DNA from: Candidatus Subterrananammoxibius californiae
GTDB taxonomy: Bacteria; Planctomycetota; Brocadiia; Brocadiales; Subterrananammoxibiaceae
Direction of reading: 5' to 3'
DNA: 37,860 nucleotides
Assembly (NCBI GenBank): GCA_030586555.1
Contig: JAURAC010000016.1
Location: forward strand, 1 to 37,860
In this document: positions 9,095 to 18,745 of the stretch, in pieces
How the letters are laid out: each line of letters begins with the position of its first letter
How positions within the stretch are numbered: the stretch's first letter is position 1
Position numbers and translations under genes: made by a program
Notes under the pieces: model-generated
Databases searched by the model: none
Told to the model about the DNA's origin: nothing
Seen by the model: the letters and a program-made list of their open reading frames with translations, nothing else

Positions 9095-9316
9095 TTATCC
9101 ACCCTCACTTTCAAACTCTTTAAGTTCCTCTTGAAGTTCCCTTTTCATGCGTTTTCTGTTATACCCTTTTTCACCCTTCTTTGTTGTAAGAGGACCTCCC
9201 ACCTTCTTTGGCACAGGATGACGCATCCTTTTCCATAACGGTTTCTTTTCTTTTTTCACAACCAAAAATCCCACTGGTAGACAACGATGTTTATCATCGT
9301 TGATTTCAACGAACAT
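9095..9316 (-). CDS. Small basic hypothetical protein (true start probably downstream of the palindrome at 9276-9333)
   Basis: Lys/Arg-rich ORF abutting the TPR gene; the listed N-terminus lies inside a repeat. Confidence 0.45.
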   Translation of the reverse strand: MFVEINDDKHRCLPVGFLVVKKEKKPLWKRMRHPVPKKVGGPLTTKKGEKGYNRKRMKRELQEELKEFESEGG

Positions 9317-9360
9317 AAAGTTCGTTGACTACCTTGTTACCATAGGCTCCGGACATTAGT

Positions 9361-10257
9361 TTAACGTATTTCGAGTGAAATGTCCAGCGTCTTTACTGAA
9401 TGGGTAAGGGCGCCAACTGAAATTCTATCTACCCCAGTCTGAGCAATATCCTCAACCGTTTCTAATGTGATATTACCCGATGCCTCAATAAGGGGGCGTT
9501 TTCTTCCTGTAGGGGCAGGTTTTAAACCTGCCCCTACCTCCCATCCTTTTACAATCTTAACTGCTTGTTCAATACTGGGCAAATCCACGTTGTCAAGCAT
9601 AATAATATCTACATCTGCATCCAGCGCATCCTTTAATTGCTCTAAGTTTTCTACTTCAATCTCTAATAACGTGTTCGAGTACGATTTACGAGCGCTCTGT
9701 ACCGCTTCTTTAGTGGGACTCAAAGACGCAACCATACATCTTAAATGGTTATCTTTGATAAGTATCTGGTCATACAATCCCATTCTGTGATTTTTACCAC
9801 CTCCAATCCTTACGGCGTATTTCTCAAGGTATCGCAAGTTAGGGGTCGTCTTGCGTGTATCTAAGATTTGCACATTGTATCTGCTGACCTTTTTTACGAA
9901 GTTAGATGTAATTGTTGCTATCCCTGATAATCTTTGCAGGAAATTTAATGCCACCCTTTCGCCAGTTAATATTGCCCGTGCAGGACCTTTAACATTAGCC
10001 ACCGCATCCCCAGGCGCTACATTTGCCCCATCATCCACCTTGGGCGTGGAGCAAATTTTGCTGTCGAGGCAGGAAAATATGTACTCGGCAACAGGCAGAC
10101 CACAAATTACACCGTGTTCCTTTACAACTATATCAGCATCCACGACCATATCTTGTGGAATAATGCAGTTTGTCGTTATATCCCCTTTACCAATGTCCTC
10201 CTCTAAAGCCAATCTAACAGGCTCGGCGATTTTATAAACTTCGAGAACCTCTTTCAT
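9361..10257 (-). CDS. nadC: Nicotinate-nucleotide pyrophosphorylase (carboxylating)
   Basis: EDIG.GDITT, ERVALNFLQRLSGIAT, DTRKTTP, NHRMGLYD..LIKDNH, IMLDN, EASGNI. Confidence 0.96.
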   Translation of the reverse strand: MKEVLEVYKIAEPVRLALEEDIGKGDITTNCIIPQDMVVDADIVVKEHGVICGLPVAEYIFSCLDSKICSTPKVDDGANVAPGDAVANVKGPARAILTGERVALNFLQRLSGIATITSNFVKKVSRYNVQILDTRKTTPNLRYLEKYAVRIGGGKNHRMGLYDQILIKDNHLRCMVASLSPTKEAVQSARKSYSNTLLEIEVENLEQLKDALDADVDIIMLDNVDLPSIEQAVKIVKGWEVGAGLKPAPTGRKRPLIEASGNITLETVEDIAQTGVDRISVGALTHSVKTLDISLEIR

Positions 10258-11426
10258 AAGGTATTCACAGCCACCTTCTCCTCTTCACCCAGCAAAATCT
10301 CCTGCGCCCTTGCAACGCCCTTTCCTATTTCAACTGGATAATCGCACTCTGAAAGACCCTTTTCAACAGAGGATATGGCAGTTATTACATCAAAATCATT
10401 AACATAACCCATATGCCCAATCCTGAAGATTTTACCTTTGAGTTCGTCCTGCCCCCCAGCCAGGGAAACGCCATATTTGTCCCTGAGTTTCTTAAGAAAG
10501 GCTGAAGTATCAAGACCATTTGGAGACCTTACTGCTGTAAGGACGTTGCTGGAGTATTCCCCCGCAAAGAGTTCAAGACCGAGCGCCTTCACAGCCTCTC
10601 TGGTTGCATGGGCTAAGCGTGCGTGTCTCTGCCAGACGTTCTCAATCCCTTCCTCCTTAATCATATCAATAGCTACCTTTAATCCCCTTATTAATGAAAC
10701 TGCAGGGGTAAAAGGGGTTGTGGCATCCTTAAGGTTTTTTTGCATCTTCTTGAAACTCCAGTAATATTTAGGTAAATCTGATTTCTCCGCCGCTTTCATT
10801 GCATTCTGGTTGACGCATACAAATGCAAGCCCAGGCGGGAGTAAAAAGCCCTTCTGTGAGCCTGTAACTGCAAGGTCTATCCCCCAATCGTCCATTAAAA
10901 GCGGATGCACACATATTGATGAGATTGCATCAACAATCATTAATGCCGCTGATTCCTCCTTAACAATCCTCGCTATAGCCGAGATATCGCAAATAACACC
11001 TGTAGAGGTCTCACTCTGGGTTGTAAAGACTGCCTTGACGTCTCTATGCTGTCTCAGCAAGGGTGTGATAAGTTCTGGCTCAACTGCCTTACCGTACTCC
11101 ACATCAACGGGTATTACCTTCACACCAAAGACCTCGCATATTTCCGCCCACCTTTCCCCAAATTTTCCACCGCGTATGACAAGCGCCTTATCCCCTTTTG
11201 ACAGTATATTTACCACGCAAGCCTCCATACCGCCTGTACCAGAAGAAGCAAGGGTATAGACGTTGCACGTCTTAGTCTGAAATAGATATTTCAATCCTTC
11301 AGTTACCTCAACAAATATCTTGGAGAACTCAGGGGTACGATGATGAATCATTGGCTGAGCCTCAGCCAGAGCCACCTCGGGGGGCACCATCGTAGGGCCA
11401 GGCGTGAATAGATACGTTTTTTTCAT
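10254..11426 (-). CDS. Class V PLP aminotransferase (alanine-glyoxylate/serine-pyruvate family)
   Basis: LFTPGPT, HHRTPEF, SGTGGME, ETSTGV, VDAISS, GSQKG (PLP lysine), FRIGHMG. Confidence 0.92.
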   Translation of the reverse strand: MKKTYLFTPGPTMVPPEVALAEAQPMIHHRTPEFSKIFVEVTEGLKYLFQTKTCNVYTLASSGTGGMEACVVNILSKGDKALVIRGGKFGERWAEICEVFGVKVIPVDVEYGKAVEPELITPLLRQHRDVKAVFTTQSETSTGVICDISAIARIVKEESAALMIVDAISSICVHPLLMDDWGIDLAVTGSQKGFLLPPGLAFVCVNQNAMKAAEKSDLPKYYWSFKKMQKNLKDATTPFTPAVSLIRGLKVAIDMIKEEGIENVWQRHARLAHATREAVKALGLELFAGEYSSNVLTAVRSPNGLDTSAFLKKLRDKYGVSLAGGQDELKGKIFRIGHMGYVNDFDVITAISSVEKGLSECDYPVEIGKGVARAQEILLGEEEKVAVNTL

Positions 11427-11569
11427 TTTCGTTCCTCAAATTGTAAATAAACCGTGGTAGGCTAAAGGCTGAAGAAAGGAGAGGCTGAAGAAAAAAACCT
11501 AATCCTTCAGCCTTAAGCCTTCAGCCTTTCTCAGCCCGGCAGGGACAAGCCATGCCCCTACTCCTTGTA

Positions 11570-11597
11570 ATTATAATTCTGTAAGATGCGGTGTCAA
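11570..11597 (-). promoter_or_regulatory. Sigma70-type promoter of the aminotransferase-nadC-rodA run
   Basis: Minus strand TTGACA-16 nt-TATAAT, perfect hexamers. Confidence 0.75.
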
Positions 11598-11620
11598 GAT
11601 TTATTATTGTTTGTGTAAAT

Positions 11621-11679
11621 AAAAAATCCCCGAACCCTAACCATCCCCCATCGAGGGGGGAAAGGAGGGTCGGGGATTT
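11621..11679 (-). terminator. Probable intrinsic terminator downstream of the cold-shock gene
   Basis: AAATCCCCGA...TCGGGGATTT stem followed by a T-tract on the minus strand; a C/G-rich palindrome fills the loop. Confidence 0.55.
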
Positions 11680-11808
11680 GACGTCAAACCCACAATACCT
11701 GTAAAACAGTATTGCTTCAATCTTCTTTTTTATGATTCACACTTAAGCGCCTGTTCGATACACATCTAATCTAACGGTGGTGCAGAAATATGAGTCAACG
11801 AACAATTT

Positions 11809-12009
11809 TTATAGTTTGACTACGTTTGAGGCTCTCAGACCTTTTGCGTCCTGGGTTGTTTCAAATTCAACCTTATCGCCAGGAGCTAATGACCTGTATC
11901 CCTCACCCTTAATAGCTGTGTGATGTACAAACACGTCCTCACCATTATCCTGGGTAATGAAACCAAACCCTTTACGGTCGTTGAACCACTTAACGGTACC
12001 TGTAGGCAA
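11809..12009 (-). CDS. cspA: Cold-shock protein (TTG start)
   Basis: GTVKWFN..KGFGFI (RNP1) and DVFVH (RNP2), 66 aa; AAGGGGGTGA RBS. Confidence 0.95.
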   Translation of the reverse strand: MPTGTVKWFNDRKGFGFITQDNGEDVFVHHTAIKGEGYRSLAPGDKVEFETTQDAKGLRASNVVKL

Positions 12010-12190
12010 CTAAATCACCCCCTTGTGGTGCTAACAAAGAAACATCCCTTTACCACGCAGGGTATTGGGTTCCAAAAATAAAAAAAACCACAAAAGCCAT
12101 TAACGGCCTTTGTGGTCTTAAACACGTCTTTATAATGTGTATTCAGAAACAACGGCTAACGGCTTGACTACATCAGTTTATTACGTATGC

Positions 12191-12218
12191 ATTATAACAA
12201 GAAAAGTAAAATTGTCAA
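12191..12218 (-). promoter_or_regulatory. Sigma70-type promoter of the cold-shock gene
   Basis: TTGACA-16 nt-TATAAT with TGn extension. Confidence 0.75.
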
Positions 12219-12369
12219 GTAAAAAAGTTCCCGATATTTATTGGAGCAGGATTTAACCTCCCGCCCCCAACGACTGCTCGAAATCGAAGACTCGTGCCAC
12301 CTTAATAATGTAGTACCGAAGCACAGAATCAAAGACTCGTGTTGTTTTTGCACAGATTGATAAAACCAC

Positions 12370-13638
12370 TTATTTTTTACTTTTTGGTCTTATATCAAAA
12401 ATAGTTAGTGGGCCATGGGGATATATCCCTCTACTAACCATTCCCATCATGTTGTGGTCATGGGCTACGCTAATACCGGGTCCATAATTGCATGATAGGC
12501 ATTTCCTCTGTGAAGAAAAATCCGGGATTTTATACAGAATGTCATACCTCTCACCTGAGCCGATGAGAACGGTATCTTTTTCGTATGGATGGCGTAACTT
12601 TCTCCCATCCGTACCAATTACTAACCCATGATACCCATGTGGATGCCATGCAAAGATGTGGTCATACCCTATAGCCAGTAATCTTATCAAAACGGTTTCT
12701 CCTTCGTATGCAACAATTCTTGTCTTAGGGTCATTAATCGTTGATAATGGGTCATCCAATTTATCCATGAATATCCTACCATTGAGCATAAAATAATCCG
12801 ACTTCCAATCCAACCCACGTCTTATATCCCCTTTTTCTCTTAGCATTTCCATATATTTGCTATCAATTTCAGTCATAAACATGGTATATTCCCTGTCAAA
12901 CTTATATCCGTAAATCCTGTTAGGTTTTTTTTCTACAATCAAAGGGAAATACATTCCAGCCATTATGTGATTGGTCGAATCCACATGGCAGTGCGCCATA
13001 TAGGACCCTTCAATGTTTTTTGGTATTGTTAATAAATACCTGTATGCCTCCCCTGGAAATACCGAAGGATACGGCAGATTTGGCACGCCATCAAAGGCAG
13101 GTATTAAATCAAACCCATGGAAATGAATGGTGTGAGCAACATGATTAATACCCGAATGTTCCTCTGTTTCATACCATCCGGCATTATGTAAAACGATAAC
13201 GTAACTTTTACCCGATGTTAAACGAATTTCGTCTCCTGGTACTTTTAGTGGTAGTAATTTCTTATCCCTTTCTTCCTTTGTTTTTATCTCCCCAACATCA
13301 ACAAAATCCTTCGCATGGGTATAACCCCAAAAATAAATGGATTCCCCATCAGCCATTTCCTGATAACCGTCAGTTACATAAAGATGAAATTCCCTTTCTA
13401 CTCTGCTTGATTTAAAAAATTTCTTTTCTAATTTTACATCTCCGGGTATTAATTTTTCATCGGCATAAGCTACCACCGGAAAATTCAAGAAGATTGCAAT
13501 TAAGAAAGGCAATAGAAAATACCCTCTCTGGATGCACAATGCAATAAATTTTAAAAATTTCTTTCCACAAACATTCATCGTTTCCCTCCGTCGAGTTAGT
13601 AATGTTTTGAAATAAAATACATTTATTTCCAACCCCAT
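12370..13638 (-). CDS. Two-domain multicopper oxidase (start may be the ATG at 13578)
   Basis: HTIHFHG, YMAHCHVDSTNHIMAGM, WHPHGYH, AHDH. Confidence 0.85.
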   Translation of the reverse strand: MGLEINVFYFKTLLTRRRETMNVCGKKFLKFIALCIQRGYFLLPFLIAIFLNFPVVAYADEKLIPGDVKLEKKFFKSSRVEREFHLYVTDGYQEMADGESIYFWGYTHAKDFVDVGEIKTKEERDKKLLPLKVPGDEIRLTSGKSYVIVLHNAGWYETEEHSGINHVAHTIHFHGFDLIPAFDGVPNLPYPSVFPGEAYRYLLTIPKNIEGSYMAHCHVDSTNHIMAGMYFPLIVEKKPNRIYGYKFDREYTMFMTEIDSKYMEMLREKGDIRRGLDWKSDYFMLNGRIFMDKLDDPLSTINDPKTRIVAYEGETVLIRLLAIGYDHIFAWHPHGYHGLVIGTDGRKLRHPYEKDTVLIGSGERYDILYKIPDFSSQRKCLSCNYGPGISVAHDHNMMGMVSRGIYPHGPLTIFDIRPKSKK

Positions 13639-13811
13639 TAACTATTATACATTGCTTCCGCATTTTTATCAATATCAATTACCACCTACATAAAGATACT
13701 TATAAGTATTTAATATTATAAATAAACTTTTATTTTGTCAACAAGGTTTCTTCCGACATTCTAATAATTTAAGGGAAGTTATGTATAAATTTTGATAAAG
13801 GCTTTTTAGTT

Positions 13812-15404
13812 TCACTCGGATTTATTAACGTTTAATTGTTTACAGACAGCAAGTTCCTTTTCAGCCTCTTCAAGCATGCCGGCATCTTTATATGCATTGC
13901 TGAGGGTGTAATGCGCCTTTGCAAAATTCGGGTCTATCTCAATGGATTTTTTTAACGATTCAATTGCTTCTACCCTCATGCCATTTTTCAAATAAGCTAT
14001 ACCCAAAAAGTAATAAGCACGTGGAGAGGTTTTATTAAGCTCTATGACCTTCTTAAACTCATCAATGGCTTCATCTAACATGTCCTTTTTAACATAAGTA
14101 AAACCAAGACTTGCGTGGACGGCTGCATTATCAGGGTCGCACTCAAGCGCCAGTTTGTACTCCGAGATGGCATCCTCCAACATCCCTTCCTTTAAATATG
14201 TATCCCCCCGTTCTATAGCCGATGCAGGTGAGGGTGAAAACCAGGTTTGATCCGCCTCAGGCGGATGGTTTTCATGCACAGCCTCTTCGGTAGAACCCTT
14301 TGGCAAGGAAATTATTTCGCCTTCTCCTCCCCTTTTGGAATAAGCCATCTTGAGTTCATTCGCTGCTTCGGTGTTTTGCGGGTCAATCTCAGTAGCCATC
14401 TTAAGCTCAGAGATAGCTTCGTCAACCATATCCATCTTCAGGTAAAGACTTCCAAGATGATAATGTGCCTTTGCGTAATCTGGATTAATATTGATAGACT
14501 CCTTTAACTCCGATACCGCCTGTTGGAGCATCCCCTTCTTTATGTATGCAGTCCCCAGGAAATAGTGTGCGTATGAAGAATCAGATTTAAGCTTGATGAC
14601 CCTTTTATATTCTCCGATGGCTTCGTCTATCATACCTTTAGAGGTATAAGCGTATCCAAGACTTGCATGTGCCGAGGCATTAATGGGGTCGAACCCTATT
14701 AACTGCTTTAATGTGGAAATGGCTTCATTAAACATCCCTTTTTGTAAATAGAGGTCGCTAAGGTTAATATACGCCTCTTTATAAATGGGGTTAATCTCGA
14801 TAGCCTTCCTGTATGAGGCAATGGCTTTATTAAGGTCAAATCCTTCGCCATATTTTATTCCTGATTCATTACGCTCATAAATACTGCCAAGGGTATAATA
14901 TGCCTTTGCAAAGGATGGGTTAGACTTTATAGTTTTTTCAAGCTCCGCTACGGCCTCGCTTCGCATACCCTTCTTCAAATATGCTGTTCCAAGGAAATAA
15001 TGGGCATACGGTGAATCTGGCTTAATCTCTACTACCCTCCTATACTCCTTGACGGCATCATCTATAGCCCCTTTTTTCAGATAAGCAAAGCCGAGACCTG
15101 CATGTGAGCTTGCATCATCGGGACTAATCCTTATAGCCTCTTTATATTCAACAACTGCATCACCCAGCAAACCCTTCTTAGTGTATATTTCCCCAAGGCT
15201 ATTGTGTGCCTCTACAAGGTTTGGGTCAATCTTCAACGCACTTTTAAATTCAGCGATGGCATCATCGAGGTTACCCTTGTGGAGGTGATTGACGCCAGTT
15301 CTGTAATGACTTAAGGCGTCATCTTTGGCAATGACAGAGGAAGTGACAAAGACATTAAAAACAAAAAAGGCTGTGGAAGATAATACAGCCAGTTGTTTAA
15401 TCAT
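13812..15404 (-). CDS. Exported multi-TPR protein
   Basis: Signal peptide and more than 10 TPR motifs (AH..LG..Y.KKG...EA..E.K). Confidence 0.9.
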   Translation of the reverse strand: MIKQLAVLSSTAFFVFNVFVTSSVIAKDDALSHYRTGVNHLHKGNLDDAIAEFKSALKIDPNLVEAHNSLGEIYTKKGLLGDAVVEYKEAIRISPDDASSHAGLGFAYLKKGAIDDAVKEYRRVVEIKPDSPYAHYFLGTAYLKKGMRSEAVAELEKTIKSNPSFAKAYYTLGSIYERNESGIKYGEGFDLNKAIASYRKAIEINPIYKEAYINLSDLYLQKGMFNEAISTLKQLIGFDPINASAHASLGYAYTSKGMIDEAIGEYKRVIKLKSDSSYAHYFLGTAYIKKGMLQQAVSELKESININPDYAKAHYHLGSLYLKMDMVDEAISELKMATEIDPQNTEAANELKMAYSKRGGEGEIISLPKGSTEEAVHENHPPEADQTWFSPSPASAIERGDTYLKEGMLEDAISEYKLALECDPDNAAVHASLGFTYVKKDMLDEAIDEFKKVIELNKTSPRAYYFLGIAYLKNGMRVEAIESLKKSIEIDPNFAKAHYTLSNAYKDAGMLEEAEKELAVCKQLNVNKSE

Positions 15405-15534
15405 ATAATATAGCCAATAGTCAAAAGGTAAAAAGAAAGATAAGAAGTTGGGAAGTTGGGAAGATAGGAAGTTGAGAAGCTGGAAAGGCTTGTCTTAACT
15501 TCCCAAGTTCCTAACTTCCTAACTTCCCTATCCC

Positions 15535-15870
15535 CTATTTCCTAATGCCTTGCCGGGAGGCCGTTATATCTGCCATTACTGCCTGTTTGACAACCTCTCT
15601 GCTCTCAAGAAACCTCCAGCAAACGCTATCGCCCACATCATTGTGCCAGAACAACCTCGTTTCGTCTCCCAATTGTGAGATAATAAAACCGTGTCCGAGA
15701 TGCTCCTGATTCTTTGTAATGCCAAGAAGGGCTGTAAAGTCCACTTCTGTCAGGTCCTTTATCCTTCCATACGTCAGAGGACCCGCATGTTTCATATCAA
15801 AATAACCAAGTGTATTCTGGCTCGGATTATAATTGCTTAAACTCCCAGCATCTATCATATCGCCATTCAT
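15535..15870 (-). CDS. Hypothetical protein
   Basis: 111 aa ORF with ATG and GGGGAG RBS, co-oriented with neighbours. Confidence 0.55.
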   Translation of the reverse strand: MNGDMIDAGSLSNYNPSQNTLGYFDMKHAGPLTYGRIKDLTEVDFTALLGITKNQEHLGHGFIISQLGDETRLFWHNDVGDSVCWRFLESREVVKQAVMADITASRQGIRK

Positions 15871-15898
15871 ATTTATATATCTCCCCCGCCATGACGGG

Positions 15899-16342
15899 TC
15901 AAGAACCTATGTACAAAGGCACAAAATACAATGTGCTAAATACTAAAGTGTACATGATTACAGAATCTATAACAAATAACTGCTTATTTACAATCTCTTC
16001 GTCTGAAGCCACACAAACCCAGAGGCAAATTGCCCCAGAAATGGTAATTCCTATTGCCAGTGCGGCACCGACGGCTGATGCAATAACTGTAACAACTGCA
16101 AAACCTACAGAAAGATTAATCGGGGAATTGACCGGAATGGTGTACTTTACAAAGAATTTATTTACGGCAATGACTATGATTGCAATAGTACAGATGATAC
16201 AAACATTTGTTAAACGTTGGTTTGTTAAGGCGTTTAGTCCTAAACCTAAACGACCCTTCATTACTATTGACACAATGGCAGAAATTCCAAACATTGCAAG
16301 AAAGGTTACTATATCTATAGCTATAACTGTTGGTTTTTTCAC
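15899..16342 (-). CDS. Hypothetical integral membrane protein (~4 TM)
   Basis: AAGGAG RBS and GTG start; four hydrophobic segments. Confidence 0.6.
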   Translation of the reverse strand: MKKPTVIAIDIVTFLAMFGISAIVSIVMKGRLGLGLNALTNQRLTNVCIICTIAIIVIAVNKFFVKYTIPVNSPINLSVGFAVVTVIASAVGAALAIGITISGAICLWVCVASDEEIVNKQLFVIDSVIMYTLVFSTLYFVPLYIGS

Positions 16343-16815
16343 TATACGCCACTCCTTTCTTAAGTTTTATTTCTGAAATATTTTCGGTCGCTGTTTAAGT
16401 ATACACAACTTGCAGTTTAAATCAAGAGAATTTAAGGTAAGCTTGTTGCGAAATAGGGTTTTGAGGGCAAAAAGCAAGCTGCCCCCCTTAGGCTGGTGTG
16501 CCGGGACTTGCTTATCTCCTTATACATTAACATCCTGTCTTTGTCATGCCATGTCGGCATGACATGGTACGTTATAACCATAAAAGGGATTCCGTATTCT
16601 TTGATAGAAAGCTTTAAGCTATCAATAGCGGGGACGGTTCCTTTCGTGATCATATTGATATTACATAAAAAAAGAGGTCGTATGGGGGATTAAGGAAGGC
16701 GATGGGGTTACTCGTCCCACAGAAAAAAGTAGGGGCGTATTATAATACGCCCCTTATGAATGCTGTAATCTTGATATAAACACTACCATCCTAAGCGATA
16801 GACCATACTGGCTAA

Positions 16816-17928
16816 CTATCTACACTGAAAGTCATTGCCATTTACGCTACCACCCGCAACAATTACGGTTTGTGTATCACTGCCTTTACACTTCTTTACC
16901 TTTATTTTGTATGTGCCATCCTCAAGGTCGGTAAAACGATAACAGCCGTCACTGTCTGTTAAAACCTCCATTTTTATCTTTGGTTTCCGCGGGGACGTCC
17001 TTTTTAACTTCACAATCTTTTCTGTAAGTGGGTCACCTGCAAGATTTGTTACACGGCCCGATATACAGCCAACAGGAGGAGTACTATCGTCAGGACACTG
17101 GCATAAAACAGTTGTAGTCGTAGTAGCCATGGTTGTCGTTGTAAGTTCTGTTGTAGTGGTTGTTTCAGTAATTGTCGTTGCGAGTTCTGTTGTAGTAGTG
17201 GTTTCAGTAACCGTCGTTGTTGGTTCTGTCTCAGTAGTTGTTTCCGTAACCTCTTCTGTTGGTTCTATTTTAGCAGGCGCTTCGGCAGCCTCCGTTGGGT
17301 GTTCCTCTTCAACAGTTTCTTCTACAGCAGTTTCCTCAGTAACCTCTACTGTGGGTTCTTCTTCAGCAGGCGCTTCGGTAGCCTCCGTTGGGTGTTCTGC
17401 TTCAACAGCTTCTTCTACAGCAGTTTCCTCAGTAACCTCCACTGTGGGTTCTTCTTCAGCAGCCGCTTCGGCAGCCTCCGTTGGGTGTTCTGCTTCAACA
17501 GCTTCTTCTACAGCAGTTTCCTCAGTAACCTCCACTGTGGGTTCTTCTTCAGCAGGCGCTTCGGTAGCCTCTTCTGTTGGTTCTTCCTCAATTATTGCCT
17601 CAGTAACCTCTTCTGTTGGTTCTTCTTCAATTATTGCCTCAATAACCTCAGTTGCGGGTTCCGTTTCAGTAGTTGCTTCAATAACCTCTACTGCTGTTTC
17701 CGTTGCAGCACGTGTCTCAGTTATCAGGTAAAGGGAAAAGAGCGCCGCAATAATAAAGAGACCTGTAGCGACTCCTGCGAATCTAAGGGCGGTTTTTATG
17801 TAATTATAGTTCTTCCCCATAATAATACTTCTCCTTTTTGTTTTTGGAGTACATACATACCCATTTAAATCACCCCTTTTATACATTTTTACCTCCTCCT
17901 TCGTATGAAAGCCAGACGCAAGTATCAT
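16816..17928 (-). CDS. Membrane-anchored/secreted Glu/Thr-rich repeat protein with C-terminal prealbumin-like domain (start uncertain)
   Basis: One N-terminal TM, acidic tandem repeats, Thr-rich linker, Cys-containing C-terminal domain. Confidence 0.8.
   Translation of the reverse strand: MILASGFHTKEEVKMYKRGDLNGYVCTPKTKRRSIIMGKNYNYIKTALRFAGVATGLFIIAALFSLYLITETRAATETAVEVIEATTETEPATEVIEAIIEEEPTEEVTEAIIEEEPTEEATEAPAEEEPTVEVTEETAVEEAVEAEHPTEAAEAAAEEEPTVEVTEETAVEEAVEAEHPTEATEAPAEEEPTVEVTEETAVEETVEEEHPTEAAEAPAKIEPTEEVTETTTETEPTTTVTETTTTTELATTITETTTTTELTTTTMATTTTTVLCQCPDDSTPPVGCISGRVTNLAGDPLTEKIVKLKRTSPRKPKIKMEVLTDSDGCYRFTDLEDGTYKIKVKKCKGSDTQTVIVAGGSVNGNDFQCR
17275..17660. repeat. Intragenic tandem repeats: ~3 x 93 bp (31 aa) plus shorter 39-bp units
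   Basis: ACTGTGGGTTCTTCTTCAGC recurs at 17348, 17441 and 17534. Confidence 0.9.
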
Positions 17929-18180
17929 TTATATGTGGCGAATTGCCTTTGTTATCTTATGTTTCTCCTGACTCAGCTCTTAATCTTTTTACCTCAAAAG
18001 TCTTTTTACGTTAGTCTTTAAAAGTCAAATAAAAAAGCCTTTTTTAGCTGTTTGTGGGTTAAAAAAGGCTTGCTCGAAGCAGACTCTAAAAAATAAAAGA
18101 CATGCTTTTTAAAGAAAGTGAGAGACACGAATTCGTCTCCTTTTTGATTATCTTTGTTAGGACTGTTTCTGCAGGGGTGG

Positions 18181-18208
18181 ATTATACTATTTAATCTTTT
18201 TTTGTCAA
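18181..18208 (-). promoter_or_regulatory. Sigma70-type promoter for the Glu/Thr-rich protein
   Basis: TTGACA-16 nt-TATAAT on the minus strand. Confidence 0.7.
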
Positions 18209-18589
18209 GGACTTTTTAGCTGGGTTCTGAAAAACTATTGATTTGTTGCACTCTTTTATTTATCGCTTCTTTCTTTTTGTTTTTATCCAGTAAGGCTTAA
18301 AACTCTTGTCTTTTTATCTATTTCTAATGCCGTTCCAACTAAAGCTCGTACTACCTTACGGGATAAATATAGCAAATAATACATAATGTATCACACTCAG
18401 GCAAGCTGACAAGCTTGTTAGCTTGTAGGATTGGGTAGAAGAAATTGGAAGGGCATTAGCCATTTCGCCAATCGGGTGAATATTATATCTCACCTAAACC
18501 CTTGATTAAAGCTAAAAGTCCGCCTCTGGAGGAAGGGGGTTTTCTGTTTTCCAAATGGGTAATGGCTATCTTGGGGTACACGAAATCAA

Positions 18590-18618
18590 TTGACAACATG
18601 GATAAGATGCTGTAAACT
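18590..18618 (+). promoter_or_regulatory. Sigma70-type promoter for tonB-exbB-exbD
   Basis: TTGACA-17 nt-TAAACT. Confidence 0.55.
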
Positions 18619-18745
18619 TAATATTGTTAAAATACTCACTTTTCTTTCCGACCTGTCTGCTTGTAACGTATAGACAGGAGAAAAGTAAGCAAAAGATTGG
18701 TAATATCTTCCGGGGAATAAAATTCTTCCTGAAATATGCTGAAAG

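Noticed and set aside
15810..16376. 188-aa plus-strand ORF
   Set aside because: It is antisense to a membrane-protein ORF that has a clear RBS and matches the orientation of its neighbours
17129..17868. Long Val/Ser-rich and Phe-rich plus-strand ORFs
   Set aside because: Antisense shadows of the Glu/Thr repeat gene
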